A DNA stretch of 64,000 nt from positions 96,001 through 160,000 of IMG/VR virus record IMGVR_UViG_3300025133_000027; one strand, given 5' to 3'. Of this stretch, positions 63,683 to 64,000 are shown piece by piece; the first letter of the stretch is position 1; the number at the start of each line of letters is the position of its first letter. The notes below the pieces were generated by a model. It was given only the letters and a program-made list of their open reading frames with translations. It did not search any database and was not told where the DNA came from. A program made the position numbers and the translations under genes. This DNA is from a virus.

Positions 63683-64000
63683 ATGACAAAGCCCGGTGAT
63701 ACCTTAATGGATGAAATTTTTTCGAAAAAGAAAAGAATAAATATATTGAATACTCTCATTAGAGAGTCTATATCTGATTTTCGGTCAGAGTCTCAGAAAG
63801 AACCCAGGACTATTAATTTCCCAACTTTCAAATTCACAACAAAAACAGGAGTTCCTGATACAAAAGATCGTGTTCACTTCGAGAAGATAGCTAGGGGTAT
63901 CAAAGGGGATACTGTTAAAGACAAGCTCACTAATTTAGATAGAGCCTTATATCCAAGGAATGGTAGCACAGGGCAGGTTGGATTAGATCACTTAATATCA
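63683..64000 (+). CDS. 5' part of a late hypothetical protein, truncated by the window end
   Basis: MTKPGDTLMDEIFSKKKRINILNTLIRESI... is open to base 64000. Confidence 0.7.
   Translation, partial: MTKPGDTLMDEIFSKKKRINILNTLIRESISDFRSESQKEPRTINFPTFKFTTKTGVPDTKDRVHFEKIARGIKGDTVKDKLTNLDRALYPRNGSTGQVGLDHLIS

Noticed and set aside
1-64000. Stop-codon reassignment, as found in some large phages
   Set aside because: Core genes are full length in the standard code, and TAA, TAG and TGA all end genes with tight coupling.
1-64000. tRNA, rRNA or tmRNA genes
   Set aside because: Intergenic gaps are short and explained by promoters and terminators. No cloverleaf was recognised by eye; tRNAscan would confirm.

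Overview
This window is a 64 kb stretch of a large, AT-rich, T4-like (contractile-tailed) bacteriophage genome. Essentially all genes lie on the + strand, are tightly packed, use the standard code and mostly carry clear Shine-Dalgarno sites. Gene order: baseplate/fibre-type virion genes (1-5.9 kb); RuvC-like resolvase, primase, DUF3310 and a fused SbcD-SbcC (gp47-gp46) nuclease (5.9-11 kb); a membrane/lysis-like trio; a head module (TerL, portal, prohead protease, ribosomal protein bS21, scaffold, major capsid; 13-24 kb); neck and tail genes (gp13/14/15, sheath, two tube paralogues, chaperone, tape measure, baseplate; 26-40.6 kb); then a replication/nucleotide module (minimal PolA-family polymerase, tubulin/FtsZ-like protein, SSB, RecA, 5'-3' exonuclease, DnaB, class II RNR, GuaB/GuaC family, DsbA/GapR-like, GroES-like, ThyX, DnaE, dUTPase, N6-A methylase, thioredoxin, Zn-sigma4 HTH) with interspersed late genes. 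Most notable observations: (1) a mini-gene beside recA that retains only the Gol-peptide-equivalent segment of the phage's own capsid protein; (2) a start-less +1/-2 frameshift extension of the tail chaperone; (3) a recurrent putative late promoter ACTA(T/G)TTATA whose core is the reverse complement of the T4 late promoter; (4) sigma70-type promoters built inside hairpins that would hide the downstream SD in read-through RNA; (5) a tubulin-like gene coupled to a truncated PolA. No tRNA, rRNA, CRISPR array, integrase or intein was seen. All protein calls come from motif recognition by eye; no database search was run.
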